Origin: Pseudothermotoga sp.
Lineage (GTDB): Bacteria > Thermotogota > Thermotogae > Thermotogales > DSM-5069
Reading direction: 5' to 3'
Assembly (NCBI GenBank): GCA_003510135.1
Contig: DOKY01000036.1
Location: forward strand, 13,503-77,502
Length of the DNA: 64,000 nucleotides
Under the pieces are notes generated by a model that saw nothing but the letters and a program-made list of their open reading frames with translations, was not told the DNA's origin and ran no database searches. The position numbers and the translations under genes are program-made. Positions 9,741-20,313 of this stretch are shown one piece after another; position 1 is the stretch's first letter; each line of letters begins with the position of its first letter.

Positions 9741-10567
9741 CCCCTCTTCAGATTTCCCATGATCGATGAGGCCACAAGGATGCTCATACCGATCGCCTGT
9801 GATGTCGTTACCCGTTCTGCCAGTATCAAAAAGGCGAACAGGGATGCGAACACGGGTTCCGCCGTGTATATGAGCGCGGCTGAGTTCGAACCAACATCTC
9901 TCTGGAACGTGACCTGTACCCAGAAGGCTAACACCGTTGCAACGAGTGAGGTGAAGACGAGTGCAAGAAGATAACTCGGTTTGAACCCGATCGGCCCTCC
10001 AAGTGGTGACAGAACGAGATTGAACAATGCGGTGAGAAAAAACTGTGGAAACAGCAGGCTGGACTCTTCACATCCTTCCTGACTCGTATAGCGAGTCACG
10101 AGAACTATTTGAACTGCGAACGCCACGGCACAAAATAAGGTCAAGAGATCGCCCACATTGAAGGCGTCGTTTGAAGGACTGCTCAAAAGGTACAGCCCAA
10201 CGATCGAAAGGAAGAAGGAAACGAGTTGGAGGCGGGTCGGTTTGATCCTTTCGATGAGAAAAGAAAAAACCGGCACGAATGGTATGTACAGAGACGTGAT
10301 GAATCCACTCTTCGTCGAACTGGTGAGTTTCAACCCACTCGTTTGCGTTGCGTACCCTATTCCTATGAAGAGTCCCAGTATGAGTCCTTCTTTCCAGCGG
10401 AGCTTTTTTCTGAACAAGAACAGGGTGAAAAAACTGGCGAGGAGAAACCTGAAGAAATTGTAGAAGAACGGGTTCGAACCTGCCAGAGCCATCTTTTGAA
10501 CCGGAAAGGTCAGTCCCCACGCCACGGTCACAAACAGAAGCGCCAAGATTGCTCTGACTCTCTTCAT
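9737..10567 (-). CDS. DMT/EamA-family transporter
   Basis: About 10 hydrophobic segments in two repeats; AWGLTF, SGFITSL, EPVFA. Confidence 0.9.
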   Translation of the reverse strand: MKRVRAILALLFVTVAWGLTFPVQKMALAGSNPFFYNFFRFLLASFFTLFLFRKKLRWKEGLILGLFIGIGYATQTSGLKLTSSTKSGFITSLYIPFVPVFSFLIERIKPTRLQLVSFFLSIVGLYLLSSPSNDAFNVGDLLTLFCAVAFAVQIVLVTRYTSQEGCEESSLLFPQFFLTALFNLVLSPLGGPIGFKPSYLLALVFTSLVATVLAFWVQVTFQRDVGSNSAALIYTAEPVFASLFAFLILAERVTTSQAIGMSILVASSIMGNLKRG

Positions 10568-10602
10568 GATCTTTGCGAATTCACCTCCACTGAAATGCTA
10601 CC

Positions 10603-10631
10603 AAAAAAGAGCCACACATGAGTGTGGCTCT
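10603..10631 (-). terminator. Intrinsic terminator downstream of the zinc metallopeptidase gene
   Basis: 10-bp stem AGAGCCACAC / GTGTGGCTCT with a 4-nt loop, followed by a T run on the - strand. Confidence 0.8.
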
Positions 10632-10647
10632 CAAGCTTCTCTATTGC

Positions 10648-11337
10648 TCAGTCTCTCCTGCCAAACGCTCCAGCGATCAGAAGCATTCTGAGCAACTGCA
10701 GGACTGCCATCGCCGTGGCCGCAACGTAAGTCAGCGCAGCCGCAGAGAGCACTTTCTTGGCACCCTTCAGCTCCTCTTCACTCATCAAGAGGTTTTCCCT
10801 AAGCAGCTTTAGAGCTTTTCTGCTCGCATCGTACTCAACTGGCAGGGTCACCAAACTGAAGAGCACAGCCAGTGAGAAGAGAAGGATGCCGAACTGCCAC
10901 AGGCCCGGCAACGCGAAGATTATGCCCATGATGAAGAGTATCCACGCTAAGGATGAGCCAATGCTCGCGACGGGAGCCAGGATCGTTCGGAACACAAGCA
11001 GAGGATGCTTCTGTGCATCCTGTATCGCGTGGCCTATCTCATGCGCCACGACACCAAGGGCCGCGATCGACTGACTCGCATAGGTCGAAGAAGATAGCCT
11101 GACAACCTTGTTCTTTGGATCATAGTGATCGGTCAGGTGGCCCGGCATCGCTTCGACGCGCACGTTGTAGATACCCGCAACCTCCAGCAGTCTCATCGCA
11201 AGTTGGCTTCCTGTGAGCCCAACTGAAGCCCTGATCTTCGAGTACTGCGAGAAAGCCGAACTCACTTTGATCTGGGCCCAGAACGCGAGAATCAAGGCAG
11301 GTATGAGCAACAAGAACGTTGGATCGTAGAAGAACAT
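10648..11337 (-). CDS. Membrane zinc metallopeptidase (YugP/Zn_peptidase_2-like)
   Basis: LTDHYDP, HEIGH (HExxH), TLPVEYDAS, AAALTYVAA. Confidence 0.9.
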   Translation of the reverse strand: MFFYDPTFLLLIPALILAFWAQIKVSSAFSQYSKIRASVGLTGSQLAMRLLEVAGIYNVRVEAMPGHLTDHYDPKNKVVRLSSSTYASQSIAALGVVAHEIGHAIQDAQKHPLLVFRTILAPVASIGSSLAWILFIMGIIFALPGLWQFGILLFSLAVLFSLVTLPVEYDASRKALKLLRENLLMSEEELKGAKKVLSAAALTYVAATAMAVLQLLRMLLIAGAFGRRD

Positions 11338-11391
11338 ACTGTCACCTCCTCTTCCATACCAATTGTAAGACGGTTCGGCAAAACATCGTGT

Positions 11392-12636
11392 TCAAATCAG
11401 ATGAACAAACAGACCACTCTTGAGTTTTGGTTCAAACCACGTCGACTTCGGCGGCATTATGAGTCCCGCGTCCGAAACGTTCATGAGCTCCTCAATCGAA
11501 GTAGGATACAGTGCGAATGCCACTGCCCAGTCCTTCTTCAAGACATACTCCTCGAGCACTTCGAGTCCAAACACACCACCAACAAAATCGATTCTCTTGT
11601 CCCTTCTTGGATCTTTTATATTCAGGATCTTGTCCAGAACTTCTCTTTGCAGTATCGAAACATCCAGCGTTTCAACTGGATCAAGCCCGGCTTCTCTGAG
11701 CACGAAATCTTTCACCCTCAATCTGTACCATGTGTCCCCAAGGAACATGCCGAATTCGTGCTTTTCTTTCGGCCTATAAGGTCGAACGGGCGCCACCTCA
11801 ACGTTGAACACTCTTTCCAGGCGGTTCAAAAACTGTTCCACCGTGAGACCGTTCAGATCTTTTACGATCCTGTTGTAGTCGTATATTTTCAGCTGATCGT
11901 GTGGAAAAACCACGCCAACGAAGTAATTGTACTCTTCCAGACCCGTATGGTTCGGATTCCGGTTGGCCATCCTTTGTGCGACTGTCACAGCAGCGGCAGC
12001 CCTGTGATGACCATCCGCGATGTAGAAGGCCGGCACCTCTTCAAACGCACGCTTGATTTCTTCGATCTTGCTGCGCTCTTTCACGACGTACACGATCTGT
12101 CTAACGCCGTCCTCGTCCACGAAATCGTACTCGGGTTCCACTCGTGTGATCGAATCCAGTAGCTCGTTCAGACGCCTTTCGGCACGATAGAACAGGAAAA
12201 CCAATCCAGTTTGTGCTCTCAGATACTCTATGTGCTTGACCCTCTCCTCCTCCTTATCCTTCCTCGTCAGCTCGTGTTTTTTGATCTTCGATTCGAGATA
12301 TTCCTTCGCCGAGAAGGTCGCGACCAGACCAGTCTGTGTATGGTCATGAGAGATCTGCCTGTAGACATAGAAACATTCTTGATCGTCCTCAAAGAAGATC
12401 CCGTCTTCTCTGTACTTCTGAAGATTCCTTTTAGCCATTTCCAACGTCTCATAGCTGGACGGATCAACGGGTTCGTCGAAGTTTACCTCGGGCTTGGTGA
12501 CCTTATAAAAGGCCAAAGGGTTTGAAAGAACTATCCTCTTTGCCTCCTCAAAGCTCACAACATCATACGGTTTCACTGCGACTCTCGCCGCGAAATCTTT
12601 CCTCGGTCTGAGGGCCCTGAAGGGTCTAACCGTCAT
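11392..12636 (-). CDS. DUF1015 family protein
   Basis: PYDVV, IKKHELTR..KEEER, YIADGHHR and C-terminal MPPKSTWFEPKL.SGL. Confidence 0.88.
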   Translation of the reverse strand: MTVRPFRALRPRKDFAARVAVKPYDVVSFEEAKRIVLSNPLAFYKVTKPEVNFDEPVDPSSYETLEMAKRNLQKYREDGIFFEDDQECFYVYRQISHDHTQTGLVATFSAKEYLESKIKKHELTRKDKEEERVKHIEYLRAQTGLVFLFYRAERRLNELLDSITRVEPEYDFVDEDGVRQIVYVVKERSKIEEIKRAFEEVPAFYIADGHHRAAAAVTVAQRMANRNPNHTGLEEYNYFVGVVFPHDQLKIYDYNRIVKDLNGLTVEQFLNRLERVFNVEVAPVRPYRPKEKHEFGMFLGDTWYRLRVKDFVLREAGLDPVETLDVSILQREVLDKILNIKDPRRDKRIDFVGGVFGLEVLEEYVLKKDWAVAFALYPTSIEELMNVSDAGLIMPPKSTWFEPKLKSGLFVHLI

Positions 12637-13048
12637 GGTGCTCAACCTCCTTTAGGTATGCCTCCTGTTTTTCGAACATGATTTCTGATTGACTCACATC
12701 GAACTCGTGATCGTAACCTGCAAGGTGTAGTGCGGCGTGAATCACGACCCTCAGCAGTTCTTCTTCAAAACTGCAGCCAAACTTCTGTGCGTTTTTCGCC
12801 ACAACCGCCGGACACAGGAACAATTCACCGTATAGATCTTCATCTTTGTAAACAAATGTTAATACGTCCGTTGACCCTGAACTGTTTCTGAAAGCTTCGT
12901 TCAGCTTGCGCATGGTCCTCTCACCAACGAAAAACACATCGACTACAGCGTTTCCAATCTCTTTCTGAACCACCCTTTCAAGGGCTCTCCGAATTTTCTT
13001 GGTCGGAAGACGGCGTTTCGTCCGATTTGTGAGCCGGATTTTCGGCAA
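12626..13048 (-). CDS. ybeY: rRNA maturation endoribonuclease YbeY
   Basis: TDVLTF and HAALHLAGYDH (H-x3-H-x5-H). Follows phoH and the HD-domain gene. Confidence 0.9.
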   Translation of the reverse strand: MPKIRLTNRTKRRLPTKKIRRALERVVQKEIGNAVVDVFFVGERTMRKLNEAFRNSSGSTDVLTFVYKDEDLYGELFLCPAVVAKNAQKFGCSFEEELLRVVIHAALHLAGYDHEFDVSQSEIMFEKQEAYLKEVEHHDG

Positions 13049-14402
13049 GCACGATCACCTTCTTGATCTCTTCTTTGGGATACTCTATCCTCGATTTGAA
13101 CATGTTCAGCAGGACCCTCGCGAATTCGTCAGCCACCGCCTCCAGGTCCTTGAGCGTCAGACCCGACTCGTCGAGCTCGCGCTCGTTGTATATACCGGAA
13201 ACTATCTCTTCCACGAGGGATCTGATCCTGCTCGCCGTAGGATTTTTCACGCTCCTGAAGGCCGCTTCCACGGAATCTGCAAGCATGATGATACCTGCCT
13301 CTTTGAACTGAGGTTTTGGCCCAGTGTATCTGAATTCATCCTCACTCAGATTTTCACCCATTTCTTTCGCTTTGTGGTAGAAGTACTTCTGTACGCGCGT
13401 TCCATGATGCTGCGGTATCACATCCTGAACCAAGAGCGGTAACCTGTGACGGCGCGCCAGTTCCTGACCATATTTCACGTGATCGAGGACAATCAAATGG
13501 CTCAGCTTTGGATTGAGTTCATCGTGTGGATTTTTGTCCTCTATGTTCTCAGTGTAGAAATAAGGTCTTTTCACTTTACCAACGTCGTGAAAGTACGCGG
13601 CGGTTCTCGCGAGTATGGGGTTCGCACCGATTTTCTCGGCGGCCGCCTCCGCAAGGTTCGCAACGATGGCCGAGTGATAGTACGTCCCCGGAGCCCGAAG
13701 CGACAGGAGCTTGATCAGTGGATGGTTCATGTTCCCAAGCTCCACCAAATCGATGTCCGAATAGATCAAGCTCGCATATTCCACGAACGGGAGCAATCCA
13801 AGATCCACTACCGAGAACAAAAAGGGCATGATGAGTGAGAGCAACAAGTTTCGATCGAAAACAACTTTTTCTTTCGAAAAGAAGCCCAACAACAAGAACG
13901 AGACGTTGCAGACGACCGCAAAGAAAGCTGGTCTGACTATTTGAAGCCTCTTTTTCAAGCCAGAGCTTGCCACGGCGGCGACGATGTTGCAGACCAAAAG
14001 CAGGCTGAATTCCAACGATGAAGGTTCGATACTGACGATCAGCAAAGCCGAAGAAAAAACGGCCACACTGACAGTTAATCTTCTGTCAGTCAACAGACCG
14101 AGCAGGAGTATCGGCGCAAAGAACGGGGAAGAGAAAATTCCAAACCTTCTCAACACCAGCCTTGAAACAAAGGAACCAGCAACAAGTGTGGAAAGGACGA
14201 GAGCAGAGTATGCACCATGTAAAGAAAAGGGTTTTCTGTCCAGCTCTGTGGAGACAACAGTCAACCAAAGAACGGCGAGCCCAGCGTATTCAGCGAGGAA
14301 CCTTGCTGGATCATGCAGGTTGGGGAACTGTACTAGAAACAACGAGATGAAAACAAACAAAAGGTGGTACCATTTTTTCAACAGGCTATTTATCAGAGCC
14401 AT
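12978..14402 (-). CDS. Membrane HDIG-domain phosphohydrolase (PgpH-like, possible c-di-AMP phosphodiesterase)
   Basis: Multi-TM N-terminus; APGTYYHS, YFHDVGK, QHHGT, IMLADSVEAA; phoH-HD-ybeY order. No large extracellular domain. Confidence 0.85.
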   Translation of the reverse strand: MALINSLLKKWYHLLFVFISLFLVQFPNLHDPARFLAEYAGLAVLWLTVVSTELDRKPFSLHGAYSALVLSTLVAGSFVSRLVLRRFGIFSSPFFAPILLLGLLTDRRLTVSVAVFSSALLIVSIEPSSLEFSLLLVCNIVAAVASSGLKKRLQIVRPAFFAVVCNVSFLLLGFFSKEKVVFDRNLLLSLIMPFLFSVVDLGLLPFVEYASLIYSDIDLVELGNMNHPLIKLLSLRAPGTYYHSAIVANLAEAAAEKIGANPILARTAAYFHDVGKVKRPYFYTENIEDKNPHDELNPKLSHLIVLDHVKYGQELARRHRLPLLVQDVIPQHHGTRVQKYFYHKAKEMGENLSEDEFRYTGPKPQFKEAGIIMLADSVEAAFRSVKNPTASRIRSLVEEIVSGIYNERELDESGLTLKDLEAVADEFARVLLNMFKSRIEYPKEEIKKVIVLAENPAHKSDETPSSDQENSESP

Positions 14403-15345
14403 TCTTTTTCCTCTCGTATTCTTCGTAAGCCTTTATTATGTTCCTCACGACGGGATGTCTCACAACGTCTGCATCGCTCAGATAAACGAAACCCACACCG
14501 TCGATGCCTTTGAGTATCTTTTCGCACTCGATCAAACCCGACTGTTGTCTGTCTATGTCCACCTGGGTCACATCACCGGTTATCACAGCTTTGGAGTTGA
14601 AACCTATGCGCGTCAGGAACATCTTCATTTGTTGATGTGTGGCATTCTGCGCCTCATCGAGGATGATGAAACAGTTGTTCAAAGTTCTTCCACGCATGAA
14701 CGCCAGCGGAGCGATCTCAACGATGCCCCTTTGCCTGTACGCGTAGAACTTGTCAGCAGATATCATATCTAGGATTGCATCGTAGATGGGCCTCAAGTAA
14801 GGATCCACTTTCTCGACGAGATCGCCCGGAAGAAAGCCAAGTTTTTCACCAGCTTCGACAGCAGGTCTGGTGAGAACGATCCTCTGAACCAGACCACTCT
14901 TGAGATACTCCAGTGCCATGGCCACAGCCAGGTAGGTTTTGCCCGTTCCGGCCGGCCCTATCACGAAGATCACGTCGTACTTCTTCATAGCCTCGATGTA
15001 TTCCATCTGTCCTCTGGTCTTGGGTCGTATCCTTCCTACGAGTGGTGAAGTTTGCAGAGTTTCTACTGCTTTTGTTGAGTCCGAGTACAGGCTCACCAAA
15101 GCTTCGAACTCTTGCCAGTCCAGAGCGTAACCTTTTTTTGCGGCTGCAACCACCTGAGATATGATGTTCTCAACGATTTCGACAGTCGATTCATCGTTGC
15201 CTGCCACGACGATTCTTTTGTCCGAAACATCGATGCTCACGGGAAAACGTTTCTTCAAAAATCTCAGCCTGTTGTCGTACTGGCCAAGTACAATGACCAT
15301 ATCAACACTGTCGGGAATTTCAACAGTCCTCGTTGCCAGTTTCAC
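14386..15345 (-). CDS. phoH: PhoH family ATPase
   Basis: GPAGTGKT, RPAVEAGEKLGFLPGD, FMRGRTL, DEAQN. GTG start after GGAGGT. Confidence 0.93.
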   Translation of the reverse strand: MKLATRTVEIPDSVDMVIVLGQYDNRLRFLKKRFPVSIDVSDKRIVVAGNDESTVEIVENIISQVVAAAKKGYALDWQEFEALVSLYSDSTKAVETLQTSPLVGRIRPKTRGQMEYIEAMKKYDVIFVIGPAGTGKTYLAVAMALEYLKSGLVQRIVLTRPAVEAGEKLGFLPGDLVEKVDPYLRPIYDAILDMISADKFYAYRQRGIVEIAPLAFMRGRTLNNCFIILDEAQNATHQQMKMFLTRIGFNSKAVITGDVTQVDIDRQQSGLIECEKILKGIDGVGFVYLSDADVVRHPVVRNIIKAYEEYERKKNGSDK

Positions 15346-15376
15346 ACCACCTCCAGTTCGATTATAACCGTCACAA

Positions 15377-16582
15377 TCATTTTTCTTGGTCATCGAGCAG
15401 GGTTATGAGAGACTTCAGATACTTGCTTCTGGAAGGATGCCTGAGTTTCCTGAGTGCCTTCACTTCTATTTGCCTGATCCTCTCTCTGGTCACGTTGAAG
15501 TACTGGCCCACTTCTTCGAGGGTTTTCGCCTTCCCATCGAGCAATCCGTAGCGCATCTTCAAAACCATGGCTTCTCTGGGATTCAACGTCTTGAGAACTT
15601 TCTCGAGCTCTTCTCTGATGAGCATTCTCATGGCCTCTTTCTTGGGCGACGCTATGCTCTCGTCGGCAATGAAGTCTCCCATCACCGAGTCTTCGTCTTC
15701 ACCAACCGGTGATTCCAAAGAGACGGTCTCGCGTGAAGCCTGAAGCACTTCTTCTATCTTTTCCACAGGTTTGTTCATCAGCTTTGCGAGCTCTTCCACC
15801 GTTGGTTGCTCACCGAACTTTTGATAGTACTCTCTGCTCACCCTGTTCAACTTGTTGATCGTTTCGACCATGTGCACCGGGATCCTTATCGTTCTTGCCT
15901 GATCCGCTATGGCACGTGTGATGGCTTGCCTGATCCACCACGTCGCGTACGTACTGAACTTGTAACCCTTTCGCCAGTCAAACTTTTCCACCGCTTTGAG
16001 CAGCCCGATGTTACCCTCCTGAATGAGATCCAGGAAAGACAAACCACGGCCTATGTAGCGCTTGGCTATGCTCACCACGAGTCTCAGGTTCGACTCGATC
16101 AACTTCTTCTTTGCCCTCTCGTTTCCCATCTGCGCGCGTCTTGCCAATTCCCTCTCCTGAGATGGGGTAAGTAGCGGTATCTTTCCGATCTCTCTGAGGT
16201 ACATCTTTATCGGGTCTTTGAGCGACACGTTGTCGTACGTTTCGGGCCCTTCTTCTTCTGTGCTTGCGATTTCTTCAACATCCGACTCGACTTCGTCGAG
16301 GGACTCGGGCTCGGCGTCCTGAATCGTTATCTTGTTCTTTTCAAGTTCTTCGTAAATTCTTTCTATCAAAGAGGAATCGAAGCCATCGTAATCTGGAGGA
16401 AAGGCCTTGTCTATATCATCGTAGGTGATGAATCCCTTCCTTTTTCCGAGTTTGATGAGGTTCTTGATCTTCTTCTCTATTTCTTCTTGGGAGAGAGTCT
16501 TGAGACGCTTCTCTTCTTTTTCTTCTTCAGTATCGAGAACCCTTTCTTCCTTTTCGATCGTCTTTTCGTTTTCAAGTTCCAC
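15377..16582 (-). CDS. rpoD: Primary RNA polymerase sigma factor (sigma-70/SigA)
   Basis: [61 protein letters not shown]. Confidence 0.97.
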   Translation of the reverse strand: MELENEKTIEKEERVLDTEEEKEEKRLKTLSQEEIEKKIKNLIKLGKRKGFITYDDIDKAFPPDYDGFDSSLIERIYEELEKNKITIQDAEPESLDEVESDVEEIASTEEEGPETYDNVSLKDPIKMYLREIGKIPLLTPSQERELARRAQMGNERAKKKLIESNLRLVVSIAKRYIGRGLSFLDLIQEGNIGLLKAVEKFDWRKGYKFSTYATWWIRQAITRAIADQARTIRIPVHMVETINKLNRVSREYYQKFGEQPTVEELAKLMNKPVEKIEEVLQASRETVSLESPVGEDEDSVMGDFIADESIASPKKEAMRMLIREELEKVLKTLNPREAMVLKMRYGLLDGKAKTLEEVGQYFNVTRERIRQIEVKALRKLRHPSRSKYLKSLITLLDDQEK

Positions 16583-18248
16583 TCTGATCACCTCCCAGTG
16601 ATCTGAGCTGAGAAACCAGCTCAAGCCTCCTTTTCAAAAGGAGGCCACGTTCTTCATCGTCCCGACAGGTAGCGAGTTTACTGTCAATCTGTGACAATTC
16701 CCTTTCAACCGCTTTTCTTGTGAAGCGTTTTTTTAAATCGCTGAACACCTTCCATGGATCCCCCTCCGGTATCTTTGCCAGAACTGCGAACGCGTACTGC
16801 TTTAGTTCAGGGCTCAGCTCCGACAAATCTCTTTTCTCGCGCAAGAAAGAGATCAGCTTTCTGGTCTTATCAGCAAAAAGTTCCGGATCTATTTCATCGA
16901 TCTTGTCTCTCAGTTCCTCACAGGTTATGTACAGATAAACTATGTAATCGTCTTCGGTTGGGAGCGTCGACCTTGAAGCCATCGTCGTCGGTGTGACTTG
17001 AAGTCTGAACATTTCGTTCACCTGCGATGTGGACAGCCTTGTCTTTTGCGAGACAGCTTCAACGAGCCTTTCGTACCTGTCCATCCTTTTGTTCCTCAAA
17101 AGAATCTCCGCCCAGCCTCTTAAGGTGCCGATGTACTTTTCCAAACCTGCGCTTGTTGTAACATCGAAAAATCTTTCATAGACCTCGATGAGGTAATTCT
17201 CAAAGGGCAAAGCTTCAGAAAGGAGCTTTTTCAAATAATCCGCTCCTCGTTTTCTGTAAGTTTCGTCTGGATCCTTTTCGGGTAATTTCAGCACCGCAAC
17301 GTCAAAGGATGCCTCAACCAGAACTTTCAGTGATTTCAGAGTCGCTTTGATCCCAGCTCTGTCATTGTCGAAAGCCAGGATGACATTTCTGGAAAGCGGC
17401 ATCAGCTTCGAAACGTGTTCCCTCGTCAGGCTGGTTCCAAGGACTGCGACCGCGTTCGTCACTCCAGCCCTGTGGAACGCTATGGCGTCGAAGTAACCTT
17501 CGCAAATCACAGCAAAGTCCAGCGACTTGATCGCTTTCTTCGCTCTGTCCAGCATGAACAGAACGCTTTTCTTCGAGAAGAACTTTGTCTCAAGTGAGTT
17601 GAGATACTTCGGTTCGCGATCGTCCAGACTTCTACCGGCGAAGGCGATTATTTTGCCGTTTTCGTCCTTTATGGGTATCACCAATCTGCCTTCGAAGAGA
17701 TCAACTCCGCTGCCAGATTTCGTAAGTCCGTACTGCAAAGCTTTCTCGTCCGGCAGAGACATTGATCGTGCCACCTTCTGGGCGATTCGAGAATTCTCAG
17801 GGCTGAAACCGAACTCGTATGAATTTGCTTCGTTCTCTGAAAACCCCCTTTTGGCGATGTACTCAACGGCAACTTTGTTTTGCTTGAACTGTTTCCTGTA
17901 TTCTGCAAAAACCCTCGTCAGGTATTCCACGTACAGATCCTTTTCAGAGCGGCCCATTGAGATCTTCAGTTCCACACCCACCATTTTTGCGAGTCTTTCC
18001 AGTGCCTCTCTAAAGGATATATGCTCTATCTCCTGCAAAAACTTTATCGCATCGCCGGACGCACCACAACCGAAACAGTGATAGAGCTTCAGCACCGGGT
18101 TCACGAAAAAAGAAGGGGTCTTCTCAGCGTGGAACGGGCACAACCCCCTGTAGCTGGAACCAACCTTTTGCAGAGATACGTACTGGGAAACGAGCTCGAC
18201 GATATCGACAGACTGCTTGATCTTTTCGATCAGGTCCTTGCTCACCAT
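16572..18248 (-). CDS. dnaG: DNA primase
   Basis: Zinc finger CPFH...HCFGC, PKYLNS, TOPRIM EGYFD and FDNDRAG. Directly upstream of rpoD. Confidence 0.96.
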   Translation of the reverse strand: MVSKDLIEKIKQSVDIVELVSQYVSLQKVGSSYRGLCPFHAEKTPSFFVNPVLKLYHCFGCGASGDAIKFLQEIEHISFREALERLAKMVGVELKISMGRSEKDLYVEYLTRVFAEYRKQFKQNKVAVEYIAKRGFSENEANSYEFGFSPENSRIAQKVARSMSLPDEKALQYGLTKSGSGVDLFEGRLVIPIKDENGKIIAFAGRSLDDREPKYLNSLETKFFSKKSVLFMLDRAKKAIKSLDFAVICEGYFDAIAFHRAGVTNAVAVLGTSLTREHVSKLMPLSRNVILAFDNDRAGIKATLKSLKVLVEASFDVAVLKLPEKDPDETYRKRGADYLKKLLSEALPFENYLIEVYERFFDVTTSAGLEKYIGTLRGWAEILLRNKRMDRYERLVEAVSQKTRLSTSQVNEMFRLQVTPTTMASRSTLPTEDDYIVYLYITCEELRDKIDEIDPELFADKTRKLISFLREKRDLSELSPELKQYAFAVLAKIPEGDPWKVFSDLKKRFTRKAVERELSQIDSKLATCRDDEERGLLLKRRLELVSQLRSLGGDQSGT

Positions 18249-18302
18249 TGTGAGGTTGTCCGCGGAAACATCACCGACTTTCTTTGACTGGTTCGCACGC
18301 GT

Positions 18303-18328
18303 AAAAGTTCAAAGGGGCCTCAGGCCCC
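18303..18328 (-). terminator. Possible terminator hairpin after rpsI
   Basis: GGGGCC-TGA-GGCCCC followed by TTTGAACTTTT on the - strand. Confidence 0.5.
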
Positions 18329-18335
18329 ATGAGCT

Positions 18336-18749
18336 TCATCTCTTGGAATACTGCGGTGCCCTGCGGGCTTTCTTCAGTCCGTACTTCTTCCTTTCGACCA
18401 TCCTTGGATCTCTCGTGAGCATTCCCTTTTCTCTCAGCGTAGGTCTCAGATTCTCGTCAAACTGAACAAGCGCTCTCGCTAATCCGAGTCGGACTGCTCC
18501 GGCCTGCCCAGAGAGACCTCCACCTTCGACGTTGATCAAGATGTCGAATTTCCCAACCATGTTCGTGACAACAAGAGGTTCCATGGCGTGCCGCGCCCTG
18601 ACGGCATCTTTGAAGTACTCCTCAGCATCGCCGTACTCTTTGTGGTTTATGATCAACTTTCCACTGCCAGGCCTCAGATAAACACGAGCAACGGACGTTT
18701 TCCTTCTTCCAACACCGTGATACGTGACTTGCTGATTAACTACGGCCAT
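18336..18749 (-). CDS. rpsI: 30S ribosomal protein S9
   Basis: [39 protein letters not shown]. Confidence 0.98.
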   Translation of the reverse strand: MAVVNQQVTYHGVGRRKTSVARVYLRPGSGKLIINHKEYGDAEEYFKDAVRARHAMEPLVVTNMVGKFDILINVEGGGLSGQAGAVRLGLARALVQFDENLRPTLREKGMLTRDPRMVERKKYGLKKARRAPQYSKR

Positions 18750-18763
18750 CGTTCACCCTCCCA

Positions 18764-19207
18764 TCATATTTCGATTGGCACGGGTTTCTGGGCTTCGTGC
18801 GGGTGCCTGTCTGATGCGTACACCTTCAGTCTTTTCAAGTACCTGTCTCCGAGTGCCTTCTTCGGAAGCATTCGTTTGACCGCCAGGTATATCAACCTTT
18901 CAGGATGCGTCTGGAGCAGCTGTTTCGCTGTCTGCATCTTCAATCCACCGGGATAGCCACTGTAACGATAGTAGATCTTTTGCTCGAGCTTGCGGCCCGT
19001 CAACAAGACCTTGTCTGCGTTGATGACCACCACATAGTTGCCGTTGTCAACACCAGGGAAAAACGTTGGTTCGTTCTTTCCCATCAAGTACTTGGCTATC
19101 TGAGTCGCCAGTCTACCCAGAACCTTACCCGACGCATCGACGAGATACCATTTTCCTCCCGCATTTCTCACGATCGTCGTTTTCTGTATGGGCAAAGGAC
19201 GTGCCAT
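18764..19207 (-). CDS. rplM: 50S ribosomal protein L13
   Basis: [31 protein letters not shown]. Confidence 0.98.
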   Translation of the reverse strand: MARPLPIQKTTIVRNAGGKWYLVDASGKVLGRLATQIAKYLMGKNEPTFFPGVDNGNYVVVINADKVLLTGRKLEQKIYYRYSGYPGGLKMQTAKQLLQTHPERLIYLAVKRMLPKKALGDRYLKRLKVYASDRHPHEAQKPVPIEI

Positions 19208-19220
19208 CTTCTGACCCTCC

Positions 19221-19493
19221 TCACTGCTGTTGTGGAACGACTTTGACGTACTTTCTGTTCCTTCTCGTGTAGAACTTCACAAGCCCATCTTTGAGAGCGA
19301 ACAGTGTGAAATCCCTGCCGCAGCCCACGTTCTCTCCCGGATGTATTTTGGTTCCTCTCTGCCTCACCAGTATGTTTCCGGCCTTCACGACTTGTCCATC
19401 GCCGACTTTCACACCGAGGTACTTAGGCTTGCTGTCTCTGTTCCCTATAGAACCGCTCTTTCTATGACCGAACAATTGTATGTCGATCCTCAT
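19221..19493 (-). CDS. rpmA: 50S ribosomal protein L27 with a Prp-type N-terminal extension
   Basis: [34 protein letters not shown]; leader MRIDIQLF. Confidence 0.96.
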   Translation of the reverse strand: MRIDIQLFGHRKSGSIGNRDSKPKYLGVKVGDGQVVKAGNILVRQRGTKIHPGENVGCGRDFTLFALKDGLVKFYTRRNRKYVKVVPQQQ

Positions 19494-19797
19494 CAACCTT
19501 CACCTCCACGGACAGGTTTCGTGGATACTGTGATCTGATATCCTCGACGCTTTCGTAAAGCTCTTCGACCAGAAGATCAGACAGCTCGTTGGGGCAGGGT
19601 ATCTGCACGTTCAGTCGAGCGTGTTTTTTCTCAACGATTGCTCCACAACGCTTTGCCAGTATACGCGCCGTGTGTTGTGCGAGCGTGCTCACCGCAGCAC
19701 AAACGATATCCTTGCCCTTCACGTCGAACCCACTGTGACCCTCGAAAGAGAATGAGACGTAACGGCCATTGGTCGACGAAAAGCTCGCCTTTATCAC
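19462..19797 (-). CDS. prp: Ribosomal-processing cysteine protease Prp (YsxB family)
   Basis: Lies between rplU and rpmA; catalytic-type GHS and DIVCAAVS motifs. Confidence 0.92.
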   Translation of the reverse strand: MIKASFSSTNGRYVSFSFEGHSGFDVKGKDIVCAAVSTLAQHTARILAKRCGAIVEKKHARLNVQIPCPNELSDLLVEELYESVEDIRSQYPRNLSVEVKVDEDRHTIVRS

Positions 19798-20117
19798 GAG
19801 CTTTCACCAAGATCGATTCTGTCGATCTTGACCAGGGTGTACCACTGCCTGTGGCCTCTTCTCCTCCTTACGTTCTTCTTCGGTCGGTACCTTATGGACA
19901 TGACCTTCCTGGCTTTCTCGTGCTTGAGTACCGTGGCTTTGACGCTGCAACCTTCCAGGTAGGGTTGACCTATCTTGACGCCCTGATCAGTAGAGATATG
20001 CACCACGCGGTCAAAGACGACCGCCTCACCTTCTGCCTGTGGAAGTTTTTCCACAGCTACCACGTCGCCTTCAGCGACTCGGTACTGCTTTCCGCCGGTC
20101 TCAATGATAGCGTACAC
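19794..20117 (-). CDS. rplU: 50S ribosomal protein L21
   Basis: YAIIETGGKQYRV and GHRQWYT. AAGGAGGT RBS before GTG 20117. Confidence 0.97.
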   Translation of the reverse strand: MYAIIETGGKQYRVAEGDVVAVEKLPQAEGEAVVFDRVVHISTDQGVKIGQPYLEGCSVKATVLKHEKARKVMSIRYRPKKNVRRRRGHRQWYTLVKIDRIDLGESS

Positions 20118-20134
20118 GATCGCACCTCCTTGGT

Positions 20135-20209
20135 AAACAGGCACTGAAAAACGTAGTTCCAGACTCGTGGAACCTTTTTCAACGTTTTTCACGTGCCGAG
20201 TCTCTGTTC
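20135..20209 (-). ncRNA. Structured 5' leader of rplU (L21-leader-like cis-regulatory RNA)
   Basis: Long interrupted stem in the mRNA sense (GAACAG..GCAC.UGAAAAACGU / ACGUUUUUCA-GUGC-CUGUUU) with inner hairpin GUUCCA-CGAGUC-UGGAAC, between the -10 box and the RBS. Confidence 0.65.
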
Positions 20210-20218
20210 AGCGTAGAT

Positions 20219-20227
20219 ATTCTATCA
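20219..20227 (-). promoter_or_regulatory. Extended -10 promoter element for the rplU operon
   Basis: TGaTAGAAT on the - strand, about 10 nt upstream of the leader stem. Confidence 0.55.
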
Positions 20228-20313
20228 CCTTCGGCATTAAGGTTTAGAAAATAAAACTTTACACGAACATTCCCTGCAGAAAATGTTGAGAAACGTTACG
20301 GCCTGCCCACTTC

